From Eledone cirrhosa (Eukaryota), in contig OZ024747.1 in NCBI GenBank assembly GCA_964016885.1, positions 27,032,001 through 27,096,000 of the forward strand: DNA of 64,000 nucleotides. The letters are read 5' to 3'. The notes beneath the pieces were generated by a model, which worked only from the letters and a program-made list of their open reading frames with translations, searched no databases and had not been told where the DNA came from. Position numbers and translations under genes: made by a program. Positions 1 to 16,924 of this stretch are shown here, piece after piece. The first letter of the stretch is position 1; each line of letters starts with the position of its first letter.

Positions 1-281
1 TCTGGGTGGGACAGTATTGCTGTTATATGTACAGATATCGTAGACCCACAATAGAGTACTGCTCCCACATCTGGGTGGGACAGTATTGCTGTTATATGTA
101 CAGATATCCTAGACCTACAATGGAGTACTGCTCCCACATCTGGGTGGGACAGTATTGCTGTTATATGTACAGATATCCTAGACCCACAATGGAGTACTGC
201 TCCCACATCTGGGTGGGACAGTATTGCTGTTATATGTACAGATATCCTAGACCTGCAATAGAGTACTGCTCCCACATCTGT
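1..281. repeat. 69-bp minisatellite, at least 4 copies, running off the window start
   Basis: TCTGGGTGGGACAGTATTG recurs at 1, 70, 139 and 208, with a partial copy at 277. Confidence 0.95.
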
Positions 282-928
282 GACAGTGCTGTTGCAATAT
301 ACACTGACATCATAGACCACATCCAAATAAAGGCTATTTGATTTATTGGCATAAAGTCACTTACCAACACACTCCAATCTCTGGTTCACAGACATGCTGT
401 CTCCTCACTCTGCCTTTTCTACTGCTACTACTATGACCTCTGCTCCCCACTTGTCTCTCCTCTTGTTGCCTGTATTGTATCCTCCCTGCAAAAGGGATAG
501 GCATGGCCTTTTGCTCCTGAACAGATCAGACCAAAAAGATCTATTTATATACATATATATGTGTGTGCATATATACACATATGCACTTACACACACGCAC
601 ATCCACACACACACATATGCATGTCTGTGTATATATTTATATATATATATATACATTTGTATATATAAGTATGAGCATGAATAACATGAATCTATATATA
701 TATGTGTGTGTATGTATCTAAATGCATACATGTATATATAGAGAGAAACACATAAAGATAGATATTTTTTGGTCTGGTTTGGGGGAAAGGGCAGTGCCCA
801 TACTTTATACCAACACCCTCCCTAAGACCCTATATATATATATATATATATATAAATACATACATACATACACACATATATATATATACATACATACCCC
901 CCCCCCCCCATATATATATATATATATA

Positions 929-1083
929 AATTCAAAATATTAACAAAATAGATATTTTTGTGATCAATTGTTAATATTTTGAATTAATATTAATAACACT
1001 GGAAAACCTTTTTGTTGAGTGCTTCCAATCTATTGTAAAACTCATTCTTTGATGTATTCATTGAACCTTGTTTAACTTTTAAA
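929..1083 (+). mobile_element. Mini PLE-type terminus: 18-bp inverted arms plus about 98-bp tail
   Basis: AATTCAAAATATTAACAA (929-946) is inverted at 968-985. Positions 950-1083 resemble 43140-43280, which lies downstream of an HHR. TA runs flank both sides. Confidence 0.55.
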
Positions 1084-1504
1084 TATATATATATATATAT
1101 AATATATATATATATATGTGTGTGTGTGTCTATATATACATACACACATATATGTATACACATACATATAGGAATATTCATATATACACCCCATTACAAC
1201 AGCCATCACAAAATAAAACAAGTTTACATCACCACAATCGTTATCTTTCTGGTCACCACTACCAAACACCACCATCACCATAACCATTTCCACCACCCCA
1301 ACACAACACTACTAAAACCGTCACCAACCACCACCACTATTGCCACCACCACTTCTTGTCACGATAATCTCAATAAGTAAATGGTAATAGAAGTGTAAGA
1401 GAGCAGGTAGAGGAAGAGGAGGTGGAGGAGGGGATGATGACTGTAGTTCCAGAGAGCAGGAACAACAGACAACACAAGTGGAATCCCAATACAAATCCGT
1501 ATAT

Positions 1505-1616
<112 letters not shown>

Positions 1617-1989
1617 ATATATATGTGTATGTGTATATATATATATATATATAAATACATACATATACGCACACACACATATATACATGCATACATACGT
1701 ACACATATATATATATATATGTATGTATGCATGTATATATGTGTGTGTATATATATATATATATTTAGATGTATAACTACACACACATATATTATACATA
1801 CATACATTATATATACATACACACACGTAAACACACATGTTTGTGTGAGTGTAGTATTTTGGCCCCTTTTCACCCTCCCCCTACTGTATTTATCTCTCCC
1901 CACTCCCCACTTCTAATCTAACACTAGTTACATCTTGTAATACTGCTGCTATCACCCGACCATTTCTTCTCTCCCTGCCAATACCTCCC

Positions 1990-2282
1990 GCCTCACCCCC
2001 TCGTCGTCTTATCTCTTCTCTCTTCTTCATTTCCTCCTACATCTCTTCCTTTCTCAACATTCTTTCACTCCGTATTTTCACCCCCTCTCTCTCTCACTCT
2101 CTCTCTATATATTTATCTATATATCTATATATCTATCTATTTCGCTTTGCATCTGTTTGTCTTTCACTCCCCCTCTCTCTCTCTCTCTCAATTTCTTACT
2201 ATCTCTTTTCCCACCACCACAACCACCATCGATATTTACCAATCTCTCTGTCTGTCTTTCTCTCTCTATTATATATATATAT

Positions 2283-2313
<31 letters not shown>

Positions 2314-2800
2314 AATACATAATGTATATGAATGTATATATATATATTATATATTTCGCTTTGCATCTACGGTCTCTGTCTTTTGTGTCTCTGCCTATTT
2401 CCTCTCCCCCTCTCTCCCTAATTATCATTGTATCTCTCTCCCCATCACTGTTTACCATTATCCCCCTTCCTCCTCTCTTCTCCTCTTCATCTTCTCTGCT
2501 GTGTTTCGCCAGTTGAGTTCTTCTCGGTTCGTTCGTTTGTCGGTGGTAAAACACCACAACACCAACCAACAGCAACCAACAGCAACAACCACCAACCATC
2601 AACCAACTAACAACTGTTTTAACGTACTCCGCTCCTCCCCATGTGTGGCGGCACAGTCCGTGTGCTGGTAAAAACACCTTGCCGCCGAACGGGTGAGGAC
2701 CGAACCATCACCGCATTCACTTCTTCAACCACTTCAGAACGGCTGTCGTCGTCGTCGCCACCACCGCCTCGGTCGGAGGAGGGGGAGGAGGAGGAGGGGA
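1990..2800 (+). promoter_or_regulatory. Probable promoter/5' leader region of the DGK gene
   Basis: CT-rich tracts are followed by the most CpG-rich non-TE stretch of the window (2500-2830), directly upstream of the exon. No TSS can be placed. Confidence 0.35.
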
Positions 2801-3815
2801 AGTGGGAGGAGGGACAGACGAAGGTCCACCACCACCATCACCACCAACAACAACGCCATCATCAACATCACTTCCAACAACAACACCATCATCATCATCA
2901 TCATCACCTCCAACATCATCTCAACCACTATCACCACCAACAAGAACGCCATCACCTCAATCATCATCACCATCATCACCAACAACAACATCAGCAACAG
3001 GAACAAAACCAACCGCAACAGGAACAACTACTCCACCACCAACACCACCAACAGCAACAGGAACAACACCATCACAACAAACAACAACAATACCTTCACT
3101 GCCGCCAATACAACAACAAGACGAAGAATTACAACAATCTAACCACAGAATTACCACCACTGCAAACATTCATACTAACAGGGCAACTACCACCACCACC
3201 ACCACCTCCACCACCACCACTACTATTACTACTACCACCACCACTACTACTGCTACTACTACTACCAACACCATTAACATTGGTGTTGCTTGTGTTAATA
3301 GTAGTAGTGGCTGTAGTGGTAATAGTAGTAATAGTAGTGGTGGTGGTAGTAATAATACTACTCCAACAACAACCACGACGACGGCTAATACTACTACCAC
3401 CACTACTACTATTAATACGTATAGCACAGATCGACAACAACAACTACAGCAGCCAACAACAACAAAAGCAGCAGCAGCAGCGGTATTATTGCTACAACAA
3501 CAACAACAACTGCTGCAACAACAACACCACAACCATCATCACCACCGCCGTCAGCGTCATCACTACCACAAACGCAAGCCACTACAACAACTACTACTAC
3601 ACCAAGTGGCTCTACTGCTACCACCACTCTATCAATCAGCAGCAGCAGCAGCACCAGCAGCCGCGGCAGCACTATTGCCATCAACTGTAACACTAACCAC
3701 CACGGCTGCTGCTACTGGCGTCACCACCACCACCAGCTCCTGCAGCAGCAGTAGCAGTAGTAGTACTACCACCACCACCACCACTACTACTACTAGTGTT
3801 CCTCACACTACTAGC
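2640..3815 (+). repeat. Mixed trinucleotide low-complexity tract (CAC/CAA/CAT/CTA/CAG/GTA)
   Basis: Directly visible. It produces overlapping poly-H/Q/T/S ORFs. Confidence 0.9.
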
Positions 3816-4068
3816 ATGGCTGATCCGGTGCTTGTGTCGGGCAAACCGACCACGCCGACCAACAGCGCAGTGGATACATCGTCCTCCATTGACAAACAAG
3901 ATGTGGACAGACTTACGGAAAGTCCGTCTTCCGGGGGAAGTCTGGACAATTCGGTGGAGCACGGACATGGCCATTTCTTCATTAAAAAAACGTTCCATAA
4001 ACCTACCTATTGTCACCACTGTACCGACATGCTATGGGGTCTCATTGGACAAGGATATATCTGTGAAG
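3816..4068 (+). CDS. DGKQ: Coding exon of a diacylglycerol kinase theta-like protein (N-terminus and first part of C1 domain 1); probably the first coding exon
   Basis: AGCATGG strong Kozak context at 3816. Translation MADPVLVSG...HGHGHFFIKKTFHKPTYCHHCTDMLWGLIGQGYICE matches my recollection of the invertebrate DGK-theta C1A motif. It ends at a canonical donor GAAG|GTAAGT (phase 1). No downstream exon was recognised in the window. Confidence 0.85.
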
Positions 4069-5099
4069 GTAAGTTCACCCTTCTACACCATACACTACCA
4101 CTACCTCACGCACACACACACACACATATGTATATATTACATTGTACTCTTCGTTAATTCAGATAATGTATATATTTATTATTTACCACCCATGCGTAGC
4201 TATCTACCCTTGTGGTACTCACATAGAAACTCGCTAATTTCAGTTGTTTCCTTACATCACCGATGTTAGAAGGGTCAGAAAGACCTATGATCAACCTCAA
4301 TCGTCCTTGTACTAATTGGTCCTTAATTGCTCCTCACAACCTCTACAACGTTTCCTCACATAAATCGCTGTCTTTTTTGCATATTTTTGTAGCAGGTCCA
4401 ACAACCGAGTCCTTGTTGAATTTAGATTGTCAATTAAATGAATCTGTCTGTATAGCGAATATATATATATATATATATATATATTGTGATGAATTTAATT
4501 GAACATATATAAGGATCGCGATTGTTAATGTATATAATAAATATCGTATCTACCTACATAAGGACAGTTAATGTATAATATTATTATAAATAAAGAAATC
4601 ATTATAAAGCAAAAATAATATTATTATTATTATCCACCCGCATCAGGTGCCCCTCAGTTAAATACATGACACGCACTTGTTCTTTACAAATTGTATGAGA
4701 GTAGGCACCACAATTCCATACATACACATTGTGTGTGTGTATGTAGCTAGGTTAATATGCTTCATGTTCTTCCTTATTACCTGTTAGATGGAGGTTGGCT
4801 GACCACACCAACACAGTTAGTTCACACACACACACACTATATCCGACTATCATTTCCTCTGTTGATGCCGTTATTATTATCATTATTTTGTGAGTGGTTC
4901 ATGTAGATTTTTTTTTTCTTTCACTCGTTACTTATTTCTTTAATGACTACAATAATGATTCCAATGATGGTGATGTTCGTACGTTATTCCATCATCAACA
5001 TCAACAAATGTCTTCAATGTAGTAGTATCATCGCCAGCAACAACTTGCAATAACAGTACTACCACTGTATATATAATGTTTGTATATGTGTATTTAACA

Positions 5100-5114
5100 C
5101 ACACACACATTCGC

Positions 5115-5167
<53 letters not shown>

Positions 5168-5191
5168 ATACACAGACACACACACGCACAC

Positions 5192-5233
<42 letters not shown>

Positions 5234-6440
5234 GTGTGTGTATATACATGTTATATATATATATGTATATACATGTGTGTATATACATGTGTGTGTATAT
5301 ACATGTTATGTGTATATATGTATATACATGTGTGTATATACATGTGTGTGTATATACAAGTATGTATATATATACATGCGTGTGTATATACATGTGTGTG
5401 TATATACAAGTATGTATATATATACATGTGTGTGTATATACATGTGTGTGTATATACAGGTATGTATATATATACATGTATGTGTATATACATGTATGTG
5501 TATATACATGTATGTGTATATACATGTATGTGTATATACATGTATGTGTATATACATGTATGTGTATATACATGTATGTGTATATACATGTATGTGTATA
5601 TACATGTATGTGTATATACATGTATGTGTATATACATGTATGTGTATATACATGTATGTGTATATACATGTATGTATATACATGTATGTGTATATACATG
5701 TATGTGTATATATGTGTGTGTGTGTATATATGTGTGTGTGTGTATATATATGTATGTGTATATATATATGTATGTATATATGTATGTGTATGTGTGTATA
5801 CATATATGTATGTGTATACATATATGTATGTGTATACATATATGTATGTGTATACATATATGTATGTGTATACATATATGTATGTGTGTATACATATATG
5901 TATGTGTGTATACATATATGTATGTGTGTATACATATATGTATGTGTGTATACATATATGTATGTGTGTATATATATATGTATGTGTGTATACATATATG
6001 TATCTGTTTATATATATATGTATCTGTTTATATATATATGTGTGTGTATATATATATATGTGTGTGTATATATATATATGTGTGTGTATATATATATATG
6101 TATGTGTATATATATGTATGTGTATATATGTATGTGTATATATGTATGTGTATATATGTATGTGTATATATATATATGTGTATATATATATATGTATGTG
6201 TATATATATATATGTATATATATGTATGTGTATATATATATATGTATATATATGTATGTGTATATATATGTATGTGTATATATATATAGTATATATATGT
6301 ATGTGTATATATATATATGTATATATATGTATGTGTATATATATATATGTATATATATGTATGTGTATATATATATATGTATATTATATGTATGTGTATA
6401 TATGTATGTGTATATATATATATGTATATATATGTATGTG

Positions 6441-6471
<31 letters not shown>

Positions 6472-6920
6472 GTTATATATATGTATATATATGTATGTGT
6501 ATATATATATATGTATATATATGTATGTGTATATGTATGTACTGTGTATATATATATGTTATATATGTATGTGTATATATATATATGTATATATATGTAT
6601 GTGTATATATATATATGTATATATATGTATGTGTATATATATATATGTATATATATGTATGTGTATATATATATGTATATATATGTATGTGTATATATAT
6701 ATGTATATATATGTATGTGTATATATATATATGTATATATATGTATGTGTGTATATGTATATATATGTATATGTATATATATGTATGTGTATATTATATA
6801 TGTATATATATATATATGTATGTGTATATATATATATGTATATATATATATGTGTGTATATATATATATGTATATATATATATGTGTGTATATATATATA
6901 TGTGTGTATATATATATATG

Positions 6921-6953
<33 letters not shown>

Positions 6954-7594
6954 GTGTATAAACATGTGTATATATGTGTGTATATATATATATATGTGTA
7001 TATTTATATATATATATATATGTGTATATAATGTGTATGTATATATATATATATATGTGTGGTATATATATATGAATGTGTGTATATATGTGTATATATG
7101 TATGTGTGTGTATATATGTGTGTGTATATAGTGTGTGTATATGTATGTGTGTATATATGTATGTGTATATATATATATATGTATGTGTATATATGTATGT
7201 GTATATATGTATGTGTATATATATATATATATATGTATGTGTATATATGTATGTGTATATATGTATGTGTATGTATATGTGTATATATATGTGTATATAT
7301 ATGATATATGTATTGTGTATATATATATATGTGTTATATATATGTATGTGTATATATATATGTATGTGTATATATATATGTATGTGTATATATATATATA
7401 TGTATGTGTATATATATATGTAGTGTATATATATATGTATGTGTATATACTATATATATGTATGTGTATATATATATATATGTATGTGTATATATATATA
7501 TATATATGTATGTGTATATATAATAATATGTATGTGTAATATATATAATATATATGTATGTGTATATATATATATATATATGTATGTGTATATA
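5100..7594. repeat. (TA)n/(TG)n compound microsatellite
   Basis: Directly visible. Confidence 0.97.
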
Positions 7595-7794
7595 NNNNNN
7601 NNNNNNNNNNNNNNNNNNNNNNNNNNNNNNNNNNNNNNNNNNNNNNNNNNNNNNNNNNNNNNNNNNNNNNNNNNNNNNNNNNNNNNNNNNNNNNNNNNNN
7701 NNNNNNNNNNNNNNNNNNNNNNNNNNNNNNNNNNNNNNNNNNNNNNNNNNNNNNNNNNNNNNNNNNNNNNNNNNNNNNNNNNNNNNNNNNNNNN
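7595..7794. other. Assembly gap (200 N)
   Basis: A run of exactly 200 N, so the true size is unknown. Confidence 0.99.
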
Positions 7795-8470
7795 AAATAA
7801 GTATTGAGTCTCCTCCTATTTCTATCCTTACCAACTCTACCGTTATCCAGTATCCCACTAATAGGATCAGGGTTACTACGAGGACTAGTTGAAACAACAT
7901 TATTAGAAGCAGCCAAAACCCTATTGAGTCTCCTTCTGTTTCTACCTTTAGTATATCTACTGTTATCTGGAATCAAATCAATAGGATTAGGGTTACTACC
8001 AGGATCAGTTGAAACAACACTATTAGAATCAGTAAAAACATTACCACTGGGTGAGCGATCAGAGTGCCTAACTTGTTCCCTAGAACTAATCCCGAAAAGT
8101 GTACCATTAGACTCACTATTACGATTACGGTAGCTTAACCTATGGATGGGTTCGGATACACCTATGGGATTTCTACGATTCTTATGCTTTCTACTCCCAT
8201 TCATGGCCATATTATGGGATATTATGTTATTATTATTATGGGTAAACGGAGACTTTCTAAGGTTGTTCTCATTATAACGTATTTTACCAGAGTAACCAGA
8301 GTTAGCTAGGGCATTATTATAGTACTCTGCATGTGAATTAAATATTCCTATATCCTTAGAGAGTGTGGAAATTCTATTAGATACACCGTTAATTATAGAT
8401 CTAATCATAGATTTGGGGTGGTTAGAATTGGGATTAACATAATTGTTAGTTTGTGTTTGTACTAATGGAT
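7795..8470 (-). mobile_element. Naiad/Chlamys-type PLE fragment: RT thumb and linker with a 120-bp duplication
   Basis: YVNPNSNHPKSMIRSIINGVSNRISTLSKDIGIFNSHAEYYNNALANSGY fits the YV..SNHP...I..RIS.LS....F.....Y..AL..SGY thumb pattern. TATTGAGTCTCC occurs at 7802 and 7922. Confidence 0.7.
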
Positions 8471-8879
8471 ATATATATATATACATATATTAAGCTTTTA
8501 TTATCACCATCCATTATATTATATTATATTATATTATATATCGTACTGTAATTCTCGCATTATATTACCATTTGTGTTTCAAGTTTTTGCATTCTACAAT
8601 ATTTGCAATGTGGGTTCAACATGTTACTTACTTCCTTGCTATTTGGTCTATATCCTATGTTTGTAACTGCTCACTCTTAATCTTAGCTAACTTTTCCTTG
8701 ATATCTTTCCTAAGCTTTAATAGATGTATACTCCATATTCTTCTGAGTTTTTGGCTTGTATTGGCCGATAGTGCTTCTTGTAGCTTTACTTGCATTTTTG
8801 GCTAATAAAGACTTTTGATGTATTGAAGGCTTCTTTGGTTTATTTTTTATAATTTTTATATATATATAAATATATATAT

Positions 8880-12155
<3,276 letters not shown>

Positions 12156-12156
12156 A

Positions 12157-12301
<145 letters not shown>

Positions 12302-12421
12302 TATATATATATATATATATGAATATATATATATATATATATATATGAATATATATATATATATATATATATGAATATATATATATATATATATATATGA
12401 ATATATATATATATATATATA

Positions 12422-12461
<40 letters not shown>

Positions 12462-12526
12462 TATATATATTATATATATATATATATGAATATATATATG
12501 AATATATATATATATATATATATATA

Positions 12527-12570
<44 letters not shown>

Positions 12571-12592
12571 TATATATATATATATATATATG

Positions 12593-12623
<31 letters not shown>

Positions 12624-12803
12624 AAGTGGATGGATACCTCAACAGGTACAATGTACTTGTAGAAATATTCAAGTTGTTTATAATACATGTGTTCAATGGC
12701 ACTAATTCGAGATACCAGAACAATATAAAAGTAGCGAAACAAACGGTTATTAAACAATTTTCTAAATAAATTAAAAAATGATTAAATAATCACCTGTTCA
12801 GAT

Positions 12804-12884
12804 GCTGTTACCGACGGTTTCATCATTCCGAAAGATTGGAAATCCAACGAATTTCCAATGGAAAGAAATGAATCTTCAGACAGC
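12804..12884 (-). ncRNA. Type I hammerhead ribozyme
   Basis: GCTGT CTGAAGA [TTCATTTC...GGAATGAT] GAA ACCG T CGGT A ACAGC: 5-bp helix I, GUA triplet, palindromic helix III. Confidence 0.8.
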
Positions 12885-13165
12885 CCTATTTCCACGCTAT
12901 ATGGTATAGCAAGTAAATATTATGCTCCCTGCCCAACGCATGCGGTCAAGCCGTTAAAGTGACACACACGCAAATCAGGTCGCTGATAAAAGCTGGATAT
13001 TAAAAACATGTCGAATTGCCACTAAAATTAGCAGCATTATTCAACGTTTTGTTCTCTACGTAAGGAGAATAAATTGTTGCGTGTGTGTCACTTTAACGGC
13101 TTGAAGCATGCCGTTGGGCAGGGAGCATAATATTTACTTGCTATACCTTATAGCGTGGAAATAGG

Positions 13166-13245
13166 GCTGTCTGAAGATTCATTTCTTTCCATTGGAAATT
13201 CGTTGGATTTCCAATCTTTCGAATGATGAAACCGTCGGTAACAGC
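13166..13245 (+). ncRNA. Type I hammerhead ribozyme (inverted copy of 12804-12884)
   Basis: GCTGT CTGAAGA ... GAATGAT GAAACCGTCGGTA ACAGC. Confidence 0.8.
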
Positions 13246-13373
13246 ATCTGAACAGGTGATTATTTAATCATTTTTTAATTTATTTAGAAAATTGTTTAAT
13301 AACCGTTTGTTTCGCTACTTTTATATATATATGTATATATATTCATATGTATATATATTCATATGTACAAATA

Positions 13374-13411
<38 letters not shown>

Positions 13412-13416
13412 TATAT

Positions 13417-15086
13417 ATTGTACGACAACTACAGGAGAAGTACCTAGCTAAAAGTTAAACCCCTATACTTAGCTTTTGTTGACTTGGAGAAAGCCTTTGA
13501 CAGAGTACCCCCGCTCGATTATCTGGTGGGCTCTTAGAAAACTAGGTGTTAATGAAAGGCTTGTGAGAGCTATAGAAGCCATGTATAAGGAAACAGCCAG
13601 CAAGGTTAGAATTAACAGCGAATATAGAGAAGAGTTTAGCGTAAAAGTTGGTGTTCATCAGGGCTCCGTCCTTAGCCCCCTACTGTTTATTATTGCCCTT
13701 CAGGCTATAACAGAGGAGTTCAAGACCGGCTGCCCATGGGAACTCCTATATGCAGATGATCTAACGCTCATAGCTGAATCAATGGCTGAACTAGAGAAGA
13801 AATTCCAAACATGAAGCATGGCCTAGAATCAAAAGGCCTTAAAGTTAACTTGTCTAAGACTAAAGTTCTAGTTTGTAGGAAGGAAAATAGGGCGCCGGTC
13901 CCATCTGGGAAATGGCCCTCTTCAGTATGTAGGAAAGGAGTAGGGAGAAACTCCATTTTATGTCCCAATTGCAAGTATGGGTACATGAAAGATGTAGTGG
14001 GATCACAGGTAAACTATCTAAGAATATAGATTTTATATGTGGCCGGTGCTCTGGTGCAATAAGTAGCAGCAAGTGCCCACAGAATACTAACTCGTTCCAT
14101 TGCACAGATGGTTCTATAGAAATAGTGGACAGCTTCTGTTACCTGGATGATAAAAATCAGCAGTGGGGGAGGGTGCTCTGAAAGTACAGTAGCTAGGGTC
14201 AGAACGGATGGAAAAAGTTCAGAGAGCTTATACCACTATTGGCCGCTAAAGGGTTCTCTCTAAAAATGAAGGGCAGGCTGTATGATGCCTGCATACGAAC
14301 AGCAATGTTGCATGGTTGTGAGACCTGGGCATTGTGTGCAGAGGATATACGCAGACTGGAGAGGAACGAAGCTTGCATGCTCCATTGGATGTGTAATAGT
14401 AATATACGTGAACGGCAAAGCATAAACGAACTAAGGGAAAAATTAGAAATAAGAGGGATCAGATGTTGTTTACTTGAGAGAAGACTACGTTTGTATGGTC
14501 ACGTGATGTGCATGAAAGGCGACAGCAGTATAAAAAAGTGCAGGGCAATAAAAATAGACGGTAGCCACGGAGTAGGCAGACCCAGAAAAACCTGGGACGA
14601 CCTGATAAATTCCAACCTCCCACACTTACACCTCTCCAAGACAATGTCACTGGACCGAGACCTTTTGCACTACACAGTAATAGAGAAGACCCGCCTTACC
14701 TAAGTACACAGTGAAACCTACTACAGTCAGTAGGCACCTCTAACAAAATACACCCCGTCCCACTACCCCACCCCATCCACAGCACCCCTTTCAATGTAAA
14801 GTTATATTGGTACCTCAACATCCAGCCTGAAACAAATGAGGTCGTGTAGGTGTCACGACAAAAAAAAACACACAGTCCACGCTGTAATGTGGCCGTGTAG
14901 GTAACACGGTAAAAATCTCCCAGTTCCACACTGTAAATGTGGTTGGTGTTAGGAAGGGTATCCAGCCGTAGAAAACCCGCCAGACAGTCCTATGCGAGCA
15001 ATGACAACCACTCTTCCCTCAAGTGGGAAAACTCCCGTCCAAATCCATGCAAGCGTGGAATATGGACGTTAAACGATGATGATGAT
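13417..15086 (+). mobile_element. 5'-truncated, frameshifted RTE LINE with 3' UTR and (GAT)n tail
   Basis: FVDLEKAFD, GVHQGSVLSPLLF, YADD and HGCETW motifs. It ends GGACGTTAAAC(GAT)4. Confidence 0.92.
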
Positions 15087-15217
15087 ATAGATGTATATAT
15101 ATTCATATATATGTATATATATTCATATATATGTATATATATTCATATATATATATATATATGTATATATATTCATATATATATATATATTCATATATAT
15201 ATATATATATATATATA

Positions 15218-15473
15218 GCTCCCTAAACTTCTTCCAACCCGTCCTTATTCTAGATACTATGGCCTCGGAACACCCTCCTCCCATGCTAATCTGATCTCCT
15301 AGGTACCGGAAGCTATCCACCACTTCTATAACACCCTCCTGCATTTGAAAAATGCGTCTATCAATGCGACTTCTACTGTCTAATTTCCCTGTACATCTAC
15401 TGCATACATATTTCTCCCTACCTGTTAGTTTGCCTGCTATCCCGCTACTTCTCTTGTGTACCCAGCATCTGCA
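15218..15473 (-). mobile_element. RTE internal fragment (same subfamily as 27238-28931)
   Basis: [36 protein letters not shown]. Confidence 0.85.
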
Positions 15474-16502
15474 GGTTGTTTTTTCATATATGAGTGTTTG
15501 AATTTCTTTTTACTTAAAAAAAGGGGCTCACGAAGGCTTTTTTATAAATTTAATTTGATTGGTTATAAATGAAATTATGGTTGTCACGTGAACAAGTTTA
15601 TTAAATTTGGCGCCCGTATTTGGGAATTTATTTTTTAGCCTTTTAGAGAATTTTATGACAAACAAAAGATAATGGTCAAGAGAAATGGGATGGGAGAATT
15701 GTTCTGGTTCAGTGAATATGATTGGTTTGCTGGGGTGTCAGAATTCAGATTTTCTATTGAAATAAATAAAGTAAAGATATGTATGTTTATTTGTGTGCTT
15801 GTGTGTGTGTGTGTGGGGGGGGGGGGAGATGATTCTATTAGTAGAAATGGGGGAGGGAGTTTGTGTGTGTATATGGGTGTTATGTGTGTGTGGGAGTATG
15901 TTAAGATGGAGAGAATATATATATTTTGTATGTGTAGGAAAGTGATTCTATTAGTAGAAATGGGGGAGAGAGTTGTGTGTGTGTGTGTGTGGGGGGTATG
16001 TGTGTGTATTGGTGTTATGTGTGTGTGGTTGTATGGTTAGTATGTTAAGATGAAGAGAATATATATATTGTGTGTGTGTGCGTATAGGAAAATGATTCCG
16101 TTAGTAGGAATATTTTTGAATGAGCATATTTTCCTTATTCGTATTTGTTAAGCCTTCGTGAGCCACTTTTTTTCAAATAAAAAGAAATTCAAACAAACTT
16201 ATGCGAAAGCTGATATACTTATTCACGTAACTACATCAACCAACCAAACTTCACTCATATATGAAAAAACAACCTGCTATATTCACTGAACCAGAACAAT
16301 TCTCCCATCCCATTTCTCTTGACCATTATCTTTTGTTTGTCATAAAATTCTCTAAAAGGCTATAAATTCCCAAATACGGGCGCCAAATTTAATGAACTTG
16401 TTCACATGACAGCGATAATTTCATTTATAACCAATCAAATTACATTTATAAAAAAAAGCCTTCGTGAGCCCCTTTTTTTAAGTAAAAAGAAATTCAAACA
16501 CT
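15471..16502. repeat. About 250-bp inverted duplication with permuted order, within an unclassified internally repetitive element
   Basis: 15493-15719 is the reverse complement of 16279-16502, and 15471-15496 is the reverse complement of 16252-16277. Confidence 0.85.
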
Positions 16503-16924
16503 TAAAAGAAATTCAAACAATCTGAGCCCCCCCCCCCCTCCCCCCTGTTTGAAGAACTTTGTATTGCGAACTGGTGCGAAGTTATGATTCTTATTGACCA
16601 ACCAATCAAATTAGTTCTCTAAAAACCTGGCATTTCGAGCCACTTTTTTCCATATAAAACAAGTTACATTCAAAGACCAACCAGATGTGAGAAAAACCAC
16701 AGACCCTCCATCTCAACTCTACTTTTGAAAAGCAGAAGAACTGCGAAACCGGTAAAGGAACCAAATAAATATATATATATTTTTTTAAATAATTTTCGAT
16801 TTCAGCTGTTTTTCTTTATAATTTCACTCGTGTAGGACATCTCGGTTATTTTTCATTTTGTAAAAAAAACCTCACTTTCTAATATATATATATATTTATA
16901 TATATTTATATATGAATATATATA

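Larger units (their letters stand above)
12620..13326 (-). mobile_element. PLE-type asymmetric palindrome: about 104-bp tail plus about 250-bp inverted arms, each carrying an HHR
   Basis: 12723-12973 and 13077-13326 are near-perfect inverted copies. 12620-12722 is single-copy. TA runs flank both sides. Confidence 0.85.

Noticed and set aside
6-341. Cys/His-rich 23-aa repeat ORF as a zinc-finger gene, or the array as CRISPR
   Set aside because: It has a GTG start, no C2H2 spacing and no unique spacers, and the context is eukaryotic. It is a minisatellite.
500-800. Diverged inverted repeat of about 45 bp around a CA/TA tract
   Set aside because: Too degenerate to classify by eye.
4069-4157. 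Continuation of the DGK ORF past 4068
   Set aside because: C1 similarity stops at a strong GTAAGT donor and the rest is CA/TA repeat.
8500-8860. Possible PLE N-terminal coding fragment on the - strand
   Set aside because: K/L-rich with several stops and no diagnostic motif, so it cannot be assigned.
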